Shown: positions 38,922 to 51,668 of the stretch, in pieces
How positions within the stretch are numbered: position 1 is the first letter of the stretch
Layout: each line of letters opens with the position of its first letter
Assembly (NCBI RefSeq): GCF_001194135.2
Contig: NC_068989.1
Span: forward strand, 37,470,949-37,523,902
Direction: 5' to 3'
DNA from: Octopus bimaculoides
Taxonomy: Eukaryota
DNA: 52,954 nucleotides
Made by a program: the position numbers and the translations under genes
Notes under the pieces: model-generated
Databases searched by the model: none
The model's input: the letters and a program-made list of their open reading frames with translations, nothing else
What the model was told of the DNA's origin: nothing

Positions 38922-39190
38922 AGGGGCAAGACGCTAATAAAAACCTATGTTAATACAGAGGAAATTACCATGGGTACAATGGATGATTGTATATAAACAA
39001 TATTGTTATGTTGTATAAAGATAAAATTTAAGATTACTAAAAATGATATTATAACCAGAATATCATTTTTAGTAATCTTAAATTTCATCTTTATACAATA
39101 TAACAATATTGTTTATATACGATCATCCATAGTACCCCTTGATAATTTCCACTATATTAACATCATAGGTTTTATTAGCGTCTTGCCCCT
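38922..39190. mobile_element. Foldback MITE (~130-bp arms, 8-bp centre)
   Basis: aggggcaagacgctaataaaaacctatg...aaaaatgatatt-ataaccag-aatatcattttt...cataggttttattagcgtcttgcccct; TTAA follows the right end. Confidence 0.92.
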
Positions 39191-39447
39191 TTAACTGGTA
39201 ATTGACATCTTAATTTGTGGTCTTCCCCTACCCAGCCTCCTTTATAGACAGTTACTTATACAAATCCTAAAATCCTGACAATATTTATGACCATACACAA
39301 CTATAAAAATCAACACACTGTTGCCCTCCATTCTAAACAGACACCGTCCTCTAGCCTTAGATTTGGTCGTTGATAAAAAAAGACTAATGAATTAAAAATG
39401 AACCACAATCCTTTACAAGCTATGACCTTAACAAGCTTCATATTTTG

Positions 39448-39492
<45 letters not shown>

Positions 39493-39796
39493 TGTATGTA
39501 TGTATGTATATACATATATATATATATAAATGTATGTGTGTATCAATGTATGTGTGTATATATATATATATATATANNNNNNNNNNNNNNNNNNNNNNNN
39601 NNNNNNNNNNNNNNNNNNNNNNNNNNNNNNNNNNNNNNNNNNNNNNNNNNNNNNNNNNNNNNNNNNNNNNNNNNNNNNNNNNNNNNNNNNNNNNNNNNNN
39701 NNNNNNNNNNNNNNNNNNNNNNNNNNNNNNNNNNNNNNNNNNNNNNNNNNNNNNNNNNNNNNNNNNNNNNNNNNNNNNNNNNNNNNNNNNNNNNNA

Positions 39797-39955
39797 GATC
39801 TAAATAAATGTAAGCACAGCAGACCTGATATAAAGTTTTGGGGGTTAGAGAAGATGAATTGTGCATAGTTGTGGAAATTAGCTGCCCAGCGGATGTTAAC
39901 ATAAAGCTGTAGATCAATGATAAGGAGAACACCTATGCTGATAAACTGTCCAGAA
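39797..39955 (+). mobile_element. Fragment of a third RLE-type LINE endonuclease
   Basis: KHSRPDI..., then after a frameshift CIVVEISCPADVNIKL*INDKENTYA. Confidence 0.65.
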
Positions 39956-40326
39956 GTTTATCATTTAAATACATATGAGCATGTCTATATATGCAACTAT
40001 TTGCATGAGAATACATACATAAAACATACAAATCTGCACATACATACATACATACATACATACATACATACATACATACATACATACATACATACATACA
40101 TACATACATTTGCCTCGGCTGGTGTTCCTGATGCTAAATTCTTATAGTTATTACTGGAGATCAGGTTTTCATATTGAACGTGGTGCAGAATCAGCCATTG
40201 TTAAGACATTTCGAATTGATCTTTATTAATGGTGACTCAGGAGCTTACCGTTAGTTCATCGCCACCGGTTGTCGTTGTCATAGTCATCATTGTCCTCTTC
40301 CTCCCCCTCCTCATCATCATCCTCCC

Positions 40327-40368
<42 letters not shown>

Positions 40369-40465
40369 TTCTTTCCCGCTCTCTCTCTTTTATTCTCCCC
40401 AAACTGAACGTAAAATGATGAAAATGGTGGTATGTGTACATATATTCGTATAGAGTCATGTTTAA

Positions 40466-40654
40466 CACGTCCGATTTTAATCGTCCGTGATGAGGCCTAT
40501 CAATGCATGACTAATCCCGGCAGGAAATTTCCACTTAGACCTCTACAGATAAACATTTTGTTCTTGAGTTTGACTGAAGTCATTAGATCGTACGACACGT
40601 GCGTCTCTGTGTCGTTCCGATAGGTTATACAATGTTCGATTACAATCGGACGTG
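40466..40654. mobile_element. piggyBac-like MITE (18-bp TIR, TTAA-type target)
   Basis: ttaa|cacgtccgattttaatcg ... cgattacaatcggacgtg|ctaa. Confidence 0.6.
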
Positions 40655-40694
40655 CTAATCATAGCTTTATACAAATATATTTCATTCAAAGCTA

Positions 40695-40725
<31 letters not shown>

Positions 40726-41098
40726 CACACACACACATACACACGCACACATACACACACACACATGCACACTCACACACACACACACACATATATACAT
40801 ATATATATGTGTGTGTATGAAAAATTATATGCATGTATATATGTATACATACACAAATATATATCGCTTTTGCATTTGGCTTGCAGGATTCTTGGCGTGA
40901 ATTCGTGTGTTAAAATGCATCTTGCTCTGTATTGGAAGGGTCATTATGGAAATTATATCGAATTAGTACGTGTTTTTTTTTTTTTTTTTGGCCATCTGTC
41001 AGAATCGTTAGCACTCATAACAAAATGCATAGCGGCATTTCATCCGTCTTTACGCTCTCTTTTCAAATTCAGCTGAGGTCGACATTCATACATATATT

Positions 41099-41154
<56 letters not shown>

Positions 41155-41678
41155 GAGAAAGAAAGAGGACTGTTCAGAAAATTTGTTCTCAAAACTAGTG
41201 ATAGGGTGGGCGGTCGAGTATACTGACTCACGGTTCTTGTGTCGAACACAAAAGTTTTACATCTCCCATGCGGAATAGCTAAGTATCTAGAATTTTCAGA
41301 AATAACTCTTGGCATATTTTCTAAATACGTATATGAAATAAAATGATATATAACATAATTATTTAGCTTTCATCTCTTGAAAATCAATGCTTTATAACAT
41401 TCGCGTTCTCCCCTCTTAACTCATATGATACATTGGTTTGAGGAGATAATCTGTCGTCACACAGACATTTTTTGTAGCATTTTGTAAAATAACGAAATTT
41501 CTATAAATTTCAGAGCAAAATTTTGACATATATTCGAAATAGATTCATGAAGAAAAATTATAAATTATAGCCATTTTGCACGGGTTTCCTTCTTGCAGAA
41601 TTCGAGTACTTGTTAATATGGTGACTCGTTTGTCAACTCTTATTTATGTTACACGAGATGAAAACAAATTCTATTTAT

Positions 41679-41753
41679 TGTTACAGAGGCATCGTGTGTG
41701 TGTGTGTGTGTGCTATTCACACACACACACACACACACGATGCCTCTGTGACA
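41679..41753. repeat. Snap-back hairpin containing (TG)n/(CA)n
   Basis: tgttacagaggcatc(gt)n-ctatt-(ca)n-cgatgcctctgtgaca. Confidence 0.9.
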
Positions 41754-42344
41754 CACACACACACACACATTCACGACGTATATATACCCACACGCACGCA
41801 CATACGCAGGCGCGGACGCATACATATACATTCACACATAATTGAATAATACTCGCCTTTTTCTATCTTATTTTGTTTATTTATATTTTTAATATAACAT
41901 TTTTGCAGCTGCTAAGTCAGTGTCAAACTTGATAGACGAACCATCATGCCCGTAGACACGCAAGCACACACATACGCGCGCACGCACACACACATTCACA
42001 ACATACACATTCACACACGTATTCACAACATACACACAGACATTCACAACGATACGCATATACACATACACCTAACTAAACACACACACACACACAACCT
42101 TTTTACTGTTTATTTTTCAAACTGTGCGGCGCATATTCGTAACAAATGGCACTATACTGAATAATAAAAGAGTTATTCCTTGAATGAGCTGCTACCATTC
42201 ACTGCATATATTACACTAACATTTCAAAAAGTTGCAATTATTTTTTGAATTTATTCCAGGAATAGAGTACATATAGATATATACACCCATTCACATGTAT
42301 GCGTGTGTGTGTATGCATGTGTGTGTGTGTACACGTTTATATAT

Positions 42345-42533
42345 ATATATGTCGGATCACTGAACTCAGCATATTTTTTCATTCTTTCTCTGTTTGTTTC
42401 CTGTTATTCTTTTTTGTTGAAGAGCGTAGGCTCGAAACGTAAAAGACCTTTCTATTTTTCCCGAGCGTCAAATCAATACACTTGCTTGATGTTCCTACTC
42501 CGGTCTTCATCTTTCTTTTTCTATAAATCTGAA

Positions 42534-42537
<4 letters not shown>
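42345..42537 (+). mobile_element. Solo PLE pLTR-like remnant ending in (TA)n
   Basis: HHR-like core; related to 10173-10375; 3' end ctgaaccatatata. Confidence 0.55.
42408..42446 (+). ncRNA. Minimal hammerhead-like motif with altered core (A6U)
   Basis: tctttt-TTGTTGA-a-GAGC-gtag-GCTC-GAAA-cg-TA-aaaga. Confidence 0.45.
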
Positions 42538-42585
<48 letters not shown>

Positions 42586-42588
42586 ATA

Positions 42589-42890
42589 CAGGGGTTGGAC
42601 AAAATAATGGCGACACCTTAAAAATTTCAAACAAATTTATTTTAATATGGGGTGGGGCCGCCTTTGGCAGTAATTACAACTTGAATTCTACGAGGTATGG
42701 ATTCGTACAAAGTTTGAATTGTTTCCAAAGGAATCTTTGTCAATTCTTCAGCTAAAACAATCTATAATTCTTGTAGTGATGATGGGGGAGGAAATCGACT
42801 CCTTACTTGTTTTTCTAAAATGCACCATAAGTGTCCAATAATATTGAGAGCTGGGGACTGTGGTGGTCACATAAGATGTTCAATTTCACT
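42589..42890 (-). mobile_element. Tc1-family transposase 3' fragment with TIR
   Basis: *PPQSPALNIIGHLWCILEKQV...LYESIPRRIQVVITAKGGPTPY*; TA|caggggttggacaaaataatgg TIR. Confidence 0.88.
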
Positions 42891-43230
42891 AGAATTTTCC
42901 TAGTGCTATTTAGTAACAACTTTAGCTAGAAACCAGCCCCCACCCAAACTAGTAAATTCTAGAAGGATGTGGTTTCTTTAAATCCAGCATCATCCGTTTG
43001 TTACATGAATTAAGACATCAAGTGCTTTGTTTTCAAGCTACTTTCTGTTCTTTCTGTCCTTGAATTATGTCGCTATTTCAATGATCTTATGGATATTTCT
43101 GACCGCTATTGATATTTCCCCCTTATATACACAATATAGTTTGTCAAATCAAGTATCGCAGACACACATTTATGTTCTCTTCTCTTCTTGCTAACTAAAT
43201 TAGCATGCACTAGCCTAATAATAATAGTCT

Positions 43231-43424
43231 CTAATTTTGACATAAGGTTAGCAGTTTTGTAGGGAATAGGTTAAGTCGATTCCATCAACTCCAGTGCTTA
43301 ACTTATTTTATAGACCCCGAAAGGATGAAAAGCCATGTCAACCTTGGCGGATTTGAACTCAGGACGAAAACAACTGGAAAAATATCACTACGCATTTTGT
43401 CTGACGCCCTAATAATTCTATCAG
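43231..43424 (-). mobile_element. SINE family C (diverged)
   Basis: gaccccgaaaggatgaaa...ttggcggatttgaactcag, reverse match to family C. Confidence 0.75.
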
Positions 43425-43463
43425 GTCAAAATAACAATAACAAAAACAACAACAACAACAACT

Positions 43464-44440
<977 letters not shown>

Positions 44441-45207
44441 TAATAATAATAATAATAATGATAATGATGTTAAACACTATTGTACTTCACCCTCGAAGAA
44501 CACCTTTCAGACGTTGTGTGTTGACAACACATCAATCCATTGATGTGAAGGGACTTTGAGACACCAATGTTTCAACCTAGTTGCGTTTTTTAGTCAAAGC
44601 TACTTCTTTTATAGAAGAACCTAGACAAGAGTGGTATAAAAGGAAAAGGTGATCTACGAAGGTAGGTGATATGCAACTACAATTAACATATACATGGTAA
44701 AATCGTATTAAATATGAATATGTATATCATCGTTTTGATTCTCACTGTTCTACGTGTAAATGGTAATTAGTTGTTGATTTGGTATACATCAGCATGTTTC
44801 AGCAAATAATTGATCTGCTGAATTCTATAAACAAGAGCTACCATTCTTGCTTAGATTCATTAATCCGAGGACAACTTTGAGTGATGAGATACAAGCAGTC
44901 GAAACACTGATGTCACAAAGTTCCCCTTACGTTAATAAATCAAGTGAGTTGTGAACACACATCGTTTGAAAGGAGTGTTTTTCCAAGAATAATTGAAATA
45001 TTAATGTTCAGATTCACTGCAACTTATTAAGAATATGTTACATTATCAATTGACTCTCTTACATAGAGTGTGGAAAAAAGGATAAAAATACGGCTATTTT
45101 AAAATGGTAGAGTATGAAGTGAGGTAGACATGAGTGCTATTTTCATCAAGCTAAATAGCTGTGTAGAGTCTCTCTATCTGTCTGTCTGTCTCTCTCTCTT
45201 ACACACT

Positions 45208-45254
<47 letters not shown>

Positions 45255-45685
45255 TCTCTTCATTTCTCTGTTGACGGTGTTGTTACTGCGGTTGTTGTTT
45301 CTGCCGCTGCTATTTCTGTTGTTGCTTAGAGCCAAGTGAGTTTTGATGAAGTTATACCTATGATCCAAGACATACGAACTCCGATTATATTGGTGTTCAT
45401 TTTTAGGTTATGTGCATTTAGTACCACATACCCAGTATGCCACTCCCTTTTCACGATAGTAAGCTGTAACGAACTATCTTATTTCTTACAGATGTTAAGT
45501 ATACGAAGTTGTTTTGTCTAATTAGATTTACATAGACCTGGTTATTGGGAGTTAAATATTTTGGCCATGATATATACTGCCATGTCTGCCGCTAGATAAA
45601 TGATTTATCTTTTAGCTGATTGTATGTGTTTTAATGTAGAGTCTCATATATTTAATGTAGAGTCTTGGAAAATTCCTACGATTAA

Positions 45686-45838
45686 CTGTGATTACTCACA
45701 AAAGTTATAACACTTTCCCCCCACATGGTTCAGGGTTCAGTCCCACTATGTGGCACATTGGGCAAGTATCTTCTACTACAGCCACAGCGGACCAAAGCCT
45801 TGTGAGTAGCTTTGGTAGGCGGAAGCAGAAAGACGCCC

Positions 45839-45930
<92 letters not shown>

Positions 45931-46153
45931 TTTGTGTCTGTACTTGTCCCATACAACCGCTCGACACCCAGTGTTTGTGTGTTTACGTCCCCGTGATCTA
46001 GTGGTTCCGTAAAAGAGACTGACAGAATAAGTACCAAGCTTGAAAATAGATATAAGTACTAGAGACGATTCGTTCTTCTAGAATTCTTCAAGATGTCCCA
46101 GCGTGGCTGCAGTCTAATGAGTGAAACAAGTAAAAGATAAAAGATAAAAGATA
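45686..46153 (+). mobile_element. SINE family A with pure ~90-bp internal (TG)n
   Basis: B box ggttcagtccc, core, (TG)n, tail ending (taaaaga)3. Confidence 0.88.
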
Positions 46154-46690
46154 CATCGAGGGTACAATAAAATTAATCAAATGATATTTTTGAAAATATA
46201 GGAAACACAGCACATTCGTTCTTAGCATTGCCAGATGAATAGAATATACTTCACTGATGCGGTATCAATATTACCGTTACTTTCCTCTTGTTGTTTAACC
46301 ATCTGATCTACAGCCATGCACTATTTTCTATATTTTCAAAAAATTCAGTTAATTGAGCTTATTGTTATTATCTCCCTTCTCTGATTTTTGATTACATTCA
46401 AGAGGGAACCTTTTCTCCATTAAAATGATAAAAAGATAATTTCAGTAAATCAAAGGTGTTCATCTTAGAATATTCGTAAATGAGAACTTCGTATATTTGG
46501 ATTTAGTTTGTACAGCGTTCTCTTGAAGTATATTTCATCAGTCATACTGTTGATATTTTTACTGGTTTTCACACCTAAATCCGTTACAGTAATAGTAATA
46601 GCAGCAGTAGTAGTTGTAGTAATAATTGCAGTCATTGTGATAGTTGTAGCAGGTGGGAGAAGTAGCAGTAGTCACCGTAGAGCGGTAGTA

Positions 46691-46737
<47 letters not shown>

Positions 46738-46848
46738 TGTTGTTGTTGTTGTTGTTGTTGTTGCTGTTGATTTTATCGTCACGCTAGCGTCCCCTGATTG
46801 AGTTGACCTACCGATCAAAGGCACTCCAGTCGTGACAATCCTATATTT

Positions 46849-47111
46849 TTATATATCTATATCAGTGTACAAAGAAAAGTTTAGGGTATTATGGCTGCTA
46901 TTTCTTCTCGACGGAGCGACTACATCAAGGAACTCGAAATTAGTGTTACAACTGTTTGTTGATAGTGGTTGTATGGACCTTAAGCATAATAGCATAAACT
47001 TGATGGTTATTGGTAACGATGCTCTGGCAATCGTTTGTGACATTATGTAGTGTGTCCGTGCACTGTTGGAATACTGTCGACGCTGCCATTTTCTTTTCTT
47101 TATATGTAAAT
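46849..47111 (-). other. Candidate terminal exon / open frame after a strong acceptor
   Basis: tggttttgttttatag | xLHIKKRKWQRRQYSNSARTHYIMSQTIARASLP...DIDI* (about 87 codons open). Confidence 0.25.
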
Positions 47112-47345
47112 CTATAAAACAAAACCATGTATTATAGAAACAAAGGGCATGCTGTCATAATGTTTAAGTCTTCAACTATTTGGTCCAACTTCAATGGCGG
47201 CTGGCAATTTGCTCGACGATTTTTGGCACTGTTTTAGCAGCAGGTCAAATGACAATGTTTCAAGCCACCTCATTGACTATCTCTTATTGTTGTAGTTTAT
47301 TATAGCTATTGTTGTTGTTGTTGCTGTCGTTCTTCTTCTTCTTGC

Positions 47346-47347
<2 letters not shown>

Positions 47348-47419
<72 letters not shown>

Positions 47420-47420
47420 G
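47348..47420. repeat. (ATT)n microsatellite within a larger triplet-repeat region (46590-48100)
   Basis: Pure ATT run; neighbouring GTA, GTT, CAT and CCT runs. Confidence 0.93.
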
Positions 47421-47698
47421 TTATCATTATTATTATTATTGTCGTTGTTATAGTTGTATTTGCTATTGTTAATATTGGCCATCAACATTGAACCTCAAAT
47501 AATCATTATCGCTGTGTCTTGCTCCTCCTCCACATCAATATCATCACCATGGTCGTCGTCATCATCATCATCGTCCTCCTCCTCCTCCTCNNNNNNNNNN
47601 NNNNNNNNNNNNNNNNNNNNNNNNNNNNNNNNNNNNNNNNNNNNNNNNNNNNNNNNNNNNNNNNNNNNNNNNNNNNNNNNNNNNNNNNNNNNNNNNNN

Positions 47699-47760
<62 letters not shown>

Positions 47761-48250
47761 TTTGCCGTTTATATTCAAAATTATAATGAAAACTTCTCCC
47801 GTATTGACAGCTATCAATTTTACCTTTCCTTCTTCTCTACCCATATCACCATTCTCATTATCATCAATTATTTCAAACTTCTCCTTATCATCACAAGCCT
47901 CAACATTACCACTATCGTTGTCACCACTGTCATTATTATTATCATCATCATCATCATGTTCTGTATTATTACTGTCTTTATTGAAACCAAACCCGTTATC
48001 ATGCTATATTCCTACATTTTCCACACTTCCTCCTCCTGCTTCTTTTCCTGCTCTTCCTCCTGTTCTTTCTCCCTGCCTCTCCTCCTCTTCCTCCTCGTCA
48101 TTACAGTTATATGGTTCTATATGTGTTCGCTGTACAAGGTCATTAATCCTTCATTAATCCTCTCACATTAATATCGTATAACTTTGTCGTAACCTTTTGA
48201 ACCTTTTTGATAAATAAATAACTGTATAAATAATACTAATGTTATTTACA

Positions 48251-48422
48251 AAAGGCACAGGACCTGAAATATTGGGGGGGAAAAGAATAGTCGATTATAT
48301 CGATATCGAAGGGTGAAAGGCAAAGCTGACTGCGGCGGAATTTGAATTCAGAGCATAAAGAGCTGGAAGAAAAGCTGCTAAGCATTTAGGCCGGTGCTCT
48401 AACAACTCTACTGCTTGCCGCC
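48251..48422 (-). mobile_element. SINE family C, internally deleted, next to (TAC)n at 48426-48502
   Basis: aaggcacaggacctgaaat...gaaaggcaaag...gcggaatttgaattcag...gcttgccgcc. Confidence 0.75.
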
Positions 48423-48424
48423 AA

Positions 48425-48503
<79 letters not shown>

Positions 48504-48639
48504 TGTTGGTTACAGATTCGAAAAAAATATTGGACTAATACAAAGTACAGTGGATGTTTACATATACACCTACAAACAATATAGAATTAATATGAAAATT
48601 GTTAACAATATAATTTTCCGGTACGGATGAGCATCACCC

Positions 48640-49510
48640 AGAGGAAACAAAGGAACTCTGCTGAACTGGATCACTCGACCACCAAGAGAACAATAAGTAC
48701 GCGCTTGTCAGTACACTCTAGCCCTCTGACGCAATCTCAGAGCCCACTCACTCAACCCACCCTCTCCACATTCACCTACCTTTAAACAAAGGTGCTGAGG
48801 ATGTGGGGAGTAATAACACTCTTGCAACCCTTGCACTAATTTGGGAATGTGTCTGTATTCAGTCCTTTTAGTTACTTCTTTCACTATAGCCACCAGGCAT
48901 AGGAAACTGCTTGCTTTTCTCAACCGAAGGAGGGCAGCGGGGAGATCTTCACACTGGAATAGACCAATAGCCGGATATTTTCTGAGGTAATGTAAGAGTG
49001 CGTGAGGACGGTTTCGTCGCTCTGTCCGCATTTAGAGCATGGCCGGTTGACAGCCCGACCATGCTTATAGAGTTTATCCCGAACCGTAATGCTACACTTT
49101 AAACACTGTCGGACAAGGATTTCTTAATCGAAAGTCTACCTGAAAAGATCAGACAACTGAAGTTTGTCGACGTCCAAGTTTTCGCCAAGGAGGTCTTCGC
49201 TCTTTATAGAACGTTCTGATAGATCTTTAATCGAATATATTGCAGCGACCTAACCTCTGAAGAAGAGACCGAAATCAGCCACTGGTCAATCCTGTCAAAA
49301 GCATTTGTTTGTTCTAGATCGGTGAAAGCATCAGCCTCTTAGTTAACACCTTGGTCAAAACTTTACGTTTAGCAGTTACAGGCTGGAAGCCTTTCAATAT
49401 CATCCCTCTTGTTCGAATCCTTTCTTAGCAGTACCCTCATAACCTGTTTCACAAAACTTGAAATTCTTTTGTTCGAAGAAAGTAAACAACCAAAGTACTC
49501 CGGCTCCTGC
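48640..49510 (-). mobile_element. Decayed L1/Tx1-clade LINE ORF2 3' region (zf-RVT-like)
   Basis: TVRDKLYKHGRAVNRPCSKCGQSDETVL.H (CCHC-type), followed by FLCLVAIVKEV. Confidence 0.75.
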
Positions 49511-49850
49511 CTGCTGTGTGTGCTTGTGTGTGCGTGTATGGGTGTTTCTAAATGGCTAACATGTATCTTCCACACTGCGATTGTTTCAGTTTCAACATTA
49601 ACACACATTCACACACACTGAGTCTCTGATCAAAACATTTAGCATGCAGGTACATCTTCGAAACGCCGGAGTTTTAATGGTGGCAGCTGATGAAGGGGAT
49701 GTTTCTACGTGGCCTGCTTGTTTGTTGCACCTTGTTTACTATTTTGTCCATGTTCTTTTGCCACGTCATGTACCCAGTCTTGTATCTATATGTACATGTA
49801 GATTAACGTATATACATACACGTACATATATATGCATATGCTCATATATT

Positions 49851-49888
<38 letters not shown>

Positions 49889-50009
49889 NNNNNNNNNNAC
49901 CTCAACCTCCACAATGACTCATCACATGACCTCCACATAATAAAACAACGGCTAACTAGCCCAACAGAATTGCTTCTTCTTGTATTTGTTGCTCCATTCT
50001 CCACATAAT

Positions 50010-50047
<38 letters not shown>

Positions 50048-50050
50048 TAT

Positions 50051-50639
50051 ACATTACACACATATATAAGAGGAATAACCACCAAGGTGGATTCCTAATA
50101 GGTTAGAAGAAGACGCTAAATCGTTTAACTACGAAGAATGTGTCCTCAAGAAATTACAGCAAACGCCAGAATGTAAAGCGTGCAAGACAAAATGAAAAGA
50201 TACAAAATTTGGTGATAAGCTACATACCATGATTTCGCTGTTACAATTTGCAAAACGTAAATGTCCGCAGCTCATCAGTGCAGCCGTCATATAAGTTATT
50301 TCCGGCTTCAGCGCGCCAGAATGAAGACATTTGAAATATACTCTCAAATATAATTGATAGAACTTTATGCATGTTCTCTTTTGAGAGGATGTCTCGTGTC
50401 TGGTTCAGTGAATTATGTTTTCTATATGACGGCTGCACTGATAAGCTGCGGACATTTACGTTTTGTAAATGGTAACACCAAATTTTGTATCTTTGCAGTT
50501 GGCTGGCTCGCTTTGCATTCTGGCATTTGCTGTAATTTCTTGACAACACATTCTTCGTGGTTATACGATTTAGAGTCTTCTTCTAGCCTATTAGGAATCC
50601 ACCTTGGTGGTTATTCCTCTTATATATATATATGTAATA
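50051..50639. mobile_element. Inverted pair of hammerhead-bearing pLTR-like arms (foldback)
   Basis: Arms 50051-50293 and 50423-50639 are reverse complements (aagaggaataaccaccaaggtggattcctaatagg identical); ~130-bp spacer; TA-rich ends. Confidence 0.85.
50219..50284 (-). ncRNA. Type I hammerhead ribozyme, canonical core
   Basis: GCTGCA-CTGATGA-GCTG-(27 nt)-CAGC-GAAA-tcatgg-TA-TGTAGC. Helix I 6 bp (one G.U), helix II closed by G-C, near-palindromic helix III (ATCATGGT), GUA triplet. Confidence 0.85.
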
Positions 50640-51668
50640 TAATTTTCTTAATCTTCGGATTTTTTAAGTATACTAGGCCACTGGCTCATACAGATATAAA
50701 TTAATTAATATTTATTTCTACCCTCATTATTTAACTTTTATATATATACAAGTACAAACACACACACACACACATATACGCATGTATATGNNNNNNNNNN
50801 NNNNNNNNNNNNNNNNNNNNNNNNNNNNNNNNNNNNNNNNNNNNNNNNNNNNNNNNNNNNNNNNNNNNNNNNNNNNNNNNNNNNNNNNNNNNNNNNNNNN
50901 NNNNNNNNNNNNNNNNNNNNNNNNNNNNNNNNNNNNNNNNNNNNNNNNNNNNNNNNNNNNNNNNNNNNNNNNNNNNNNNNNNNNNNNNNNNNNNNNNNNN
51001 NNNNNNNNNNNNNNNNNNNNNNNNNNNNNNNNNNNNNNNNNNNNNNNNNNNNNNNNNNNNNNNNNNNNNNNNNNNNNNNNNNNNNNNNNNNNNNNNNNNN
51101 NNNNNNNNNNNNNNNNNNNNNNNNNNNNNNNNNNNNNNNNNNNNNNNNNNNNNNNNNNNNNNNNNNNNNNNNNNNNNNNNNNNNNNNNNNNNNNNNNNNN
51201 NNNNNNNNNNNNNNNNNNNNNNNNNNNNNNNNNNNNNNNNNNNNNNNNNNNNNNNNNNNNNNNNNNNNNNNNNNNNNNNNNNNNNNNNNNNNNNNNNNNN
51301 NNNNNNNNNNNNNNNNNNNNNNNNNNNNNNNNNNNNNNNNNNNNNNNNNNNNNNNNNNNNNNNNNNNNNNNNNNNNNNNNNNNNNNNNNNNNNNNNNNNN
51401 NNNNNNNNNNNNNNNNNNNNNNNNNNNNNNNNNNNNNNNNNNNNNNNNNNNNNNNNNNNNNNNNNNNNNNNNNNNNNNNNNNNNNNNNNNNNNNNNNNNN
51501 NNNNNNNNNNNNNNNNNNNNNNNNNNNNNNNNNNNNNNNNNNNNNNNNNNNNNNNNNNNNNNNNNNNNNNNNNNNNNNNNNNNNNNNNNNNNNNNNNNNN
51601 NNNNNNNNNNNNNNNNNNNNNNNNNNNNNNNNNNNNNNNNNNNNTATATATATATATATGCATGTATG

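Noticed and set aside
49258-49275. CTGAAGA-agagacc-GAAA
   Set aside because: No helix II pairing, and it lies antisense within the Tx1 LINE coding remnant; chance match.
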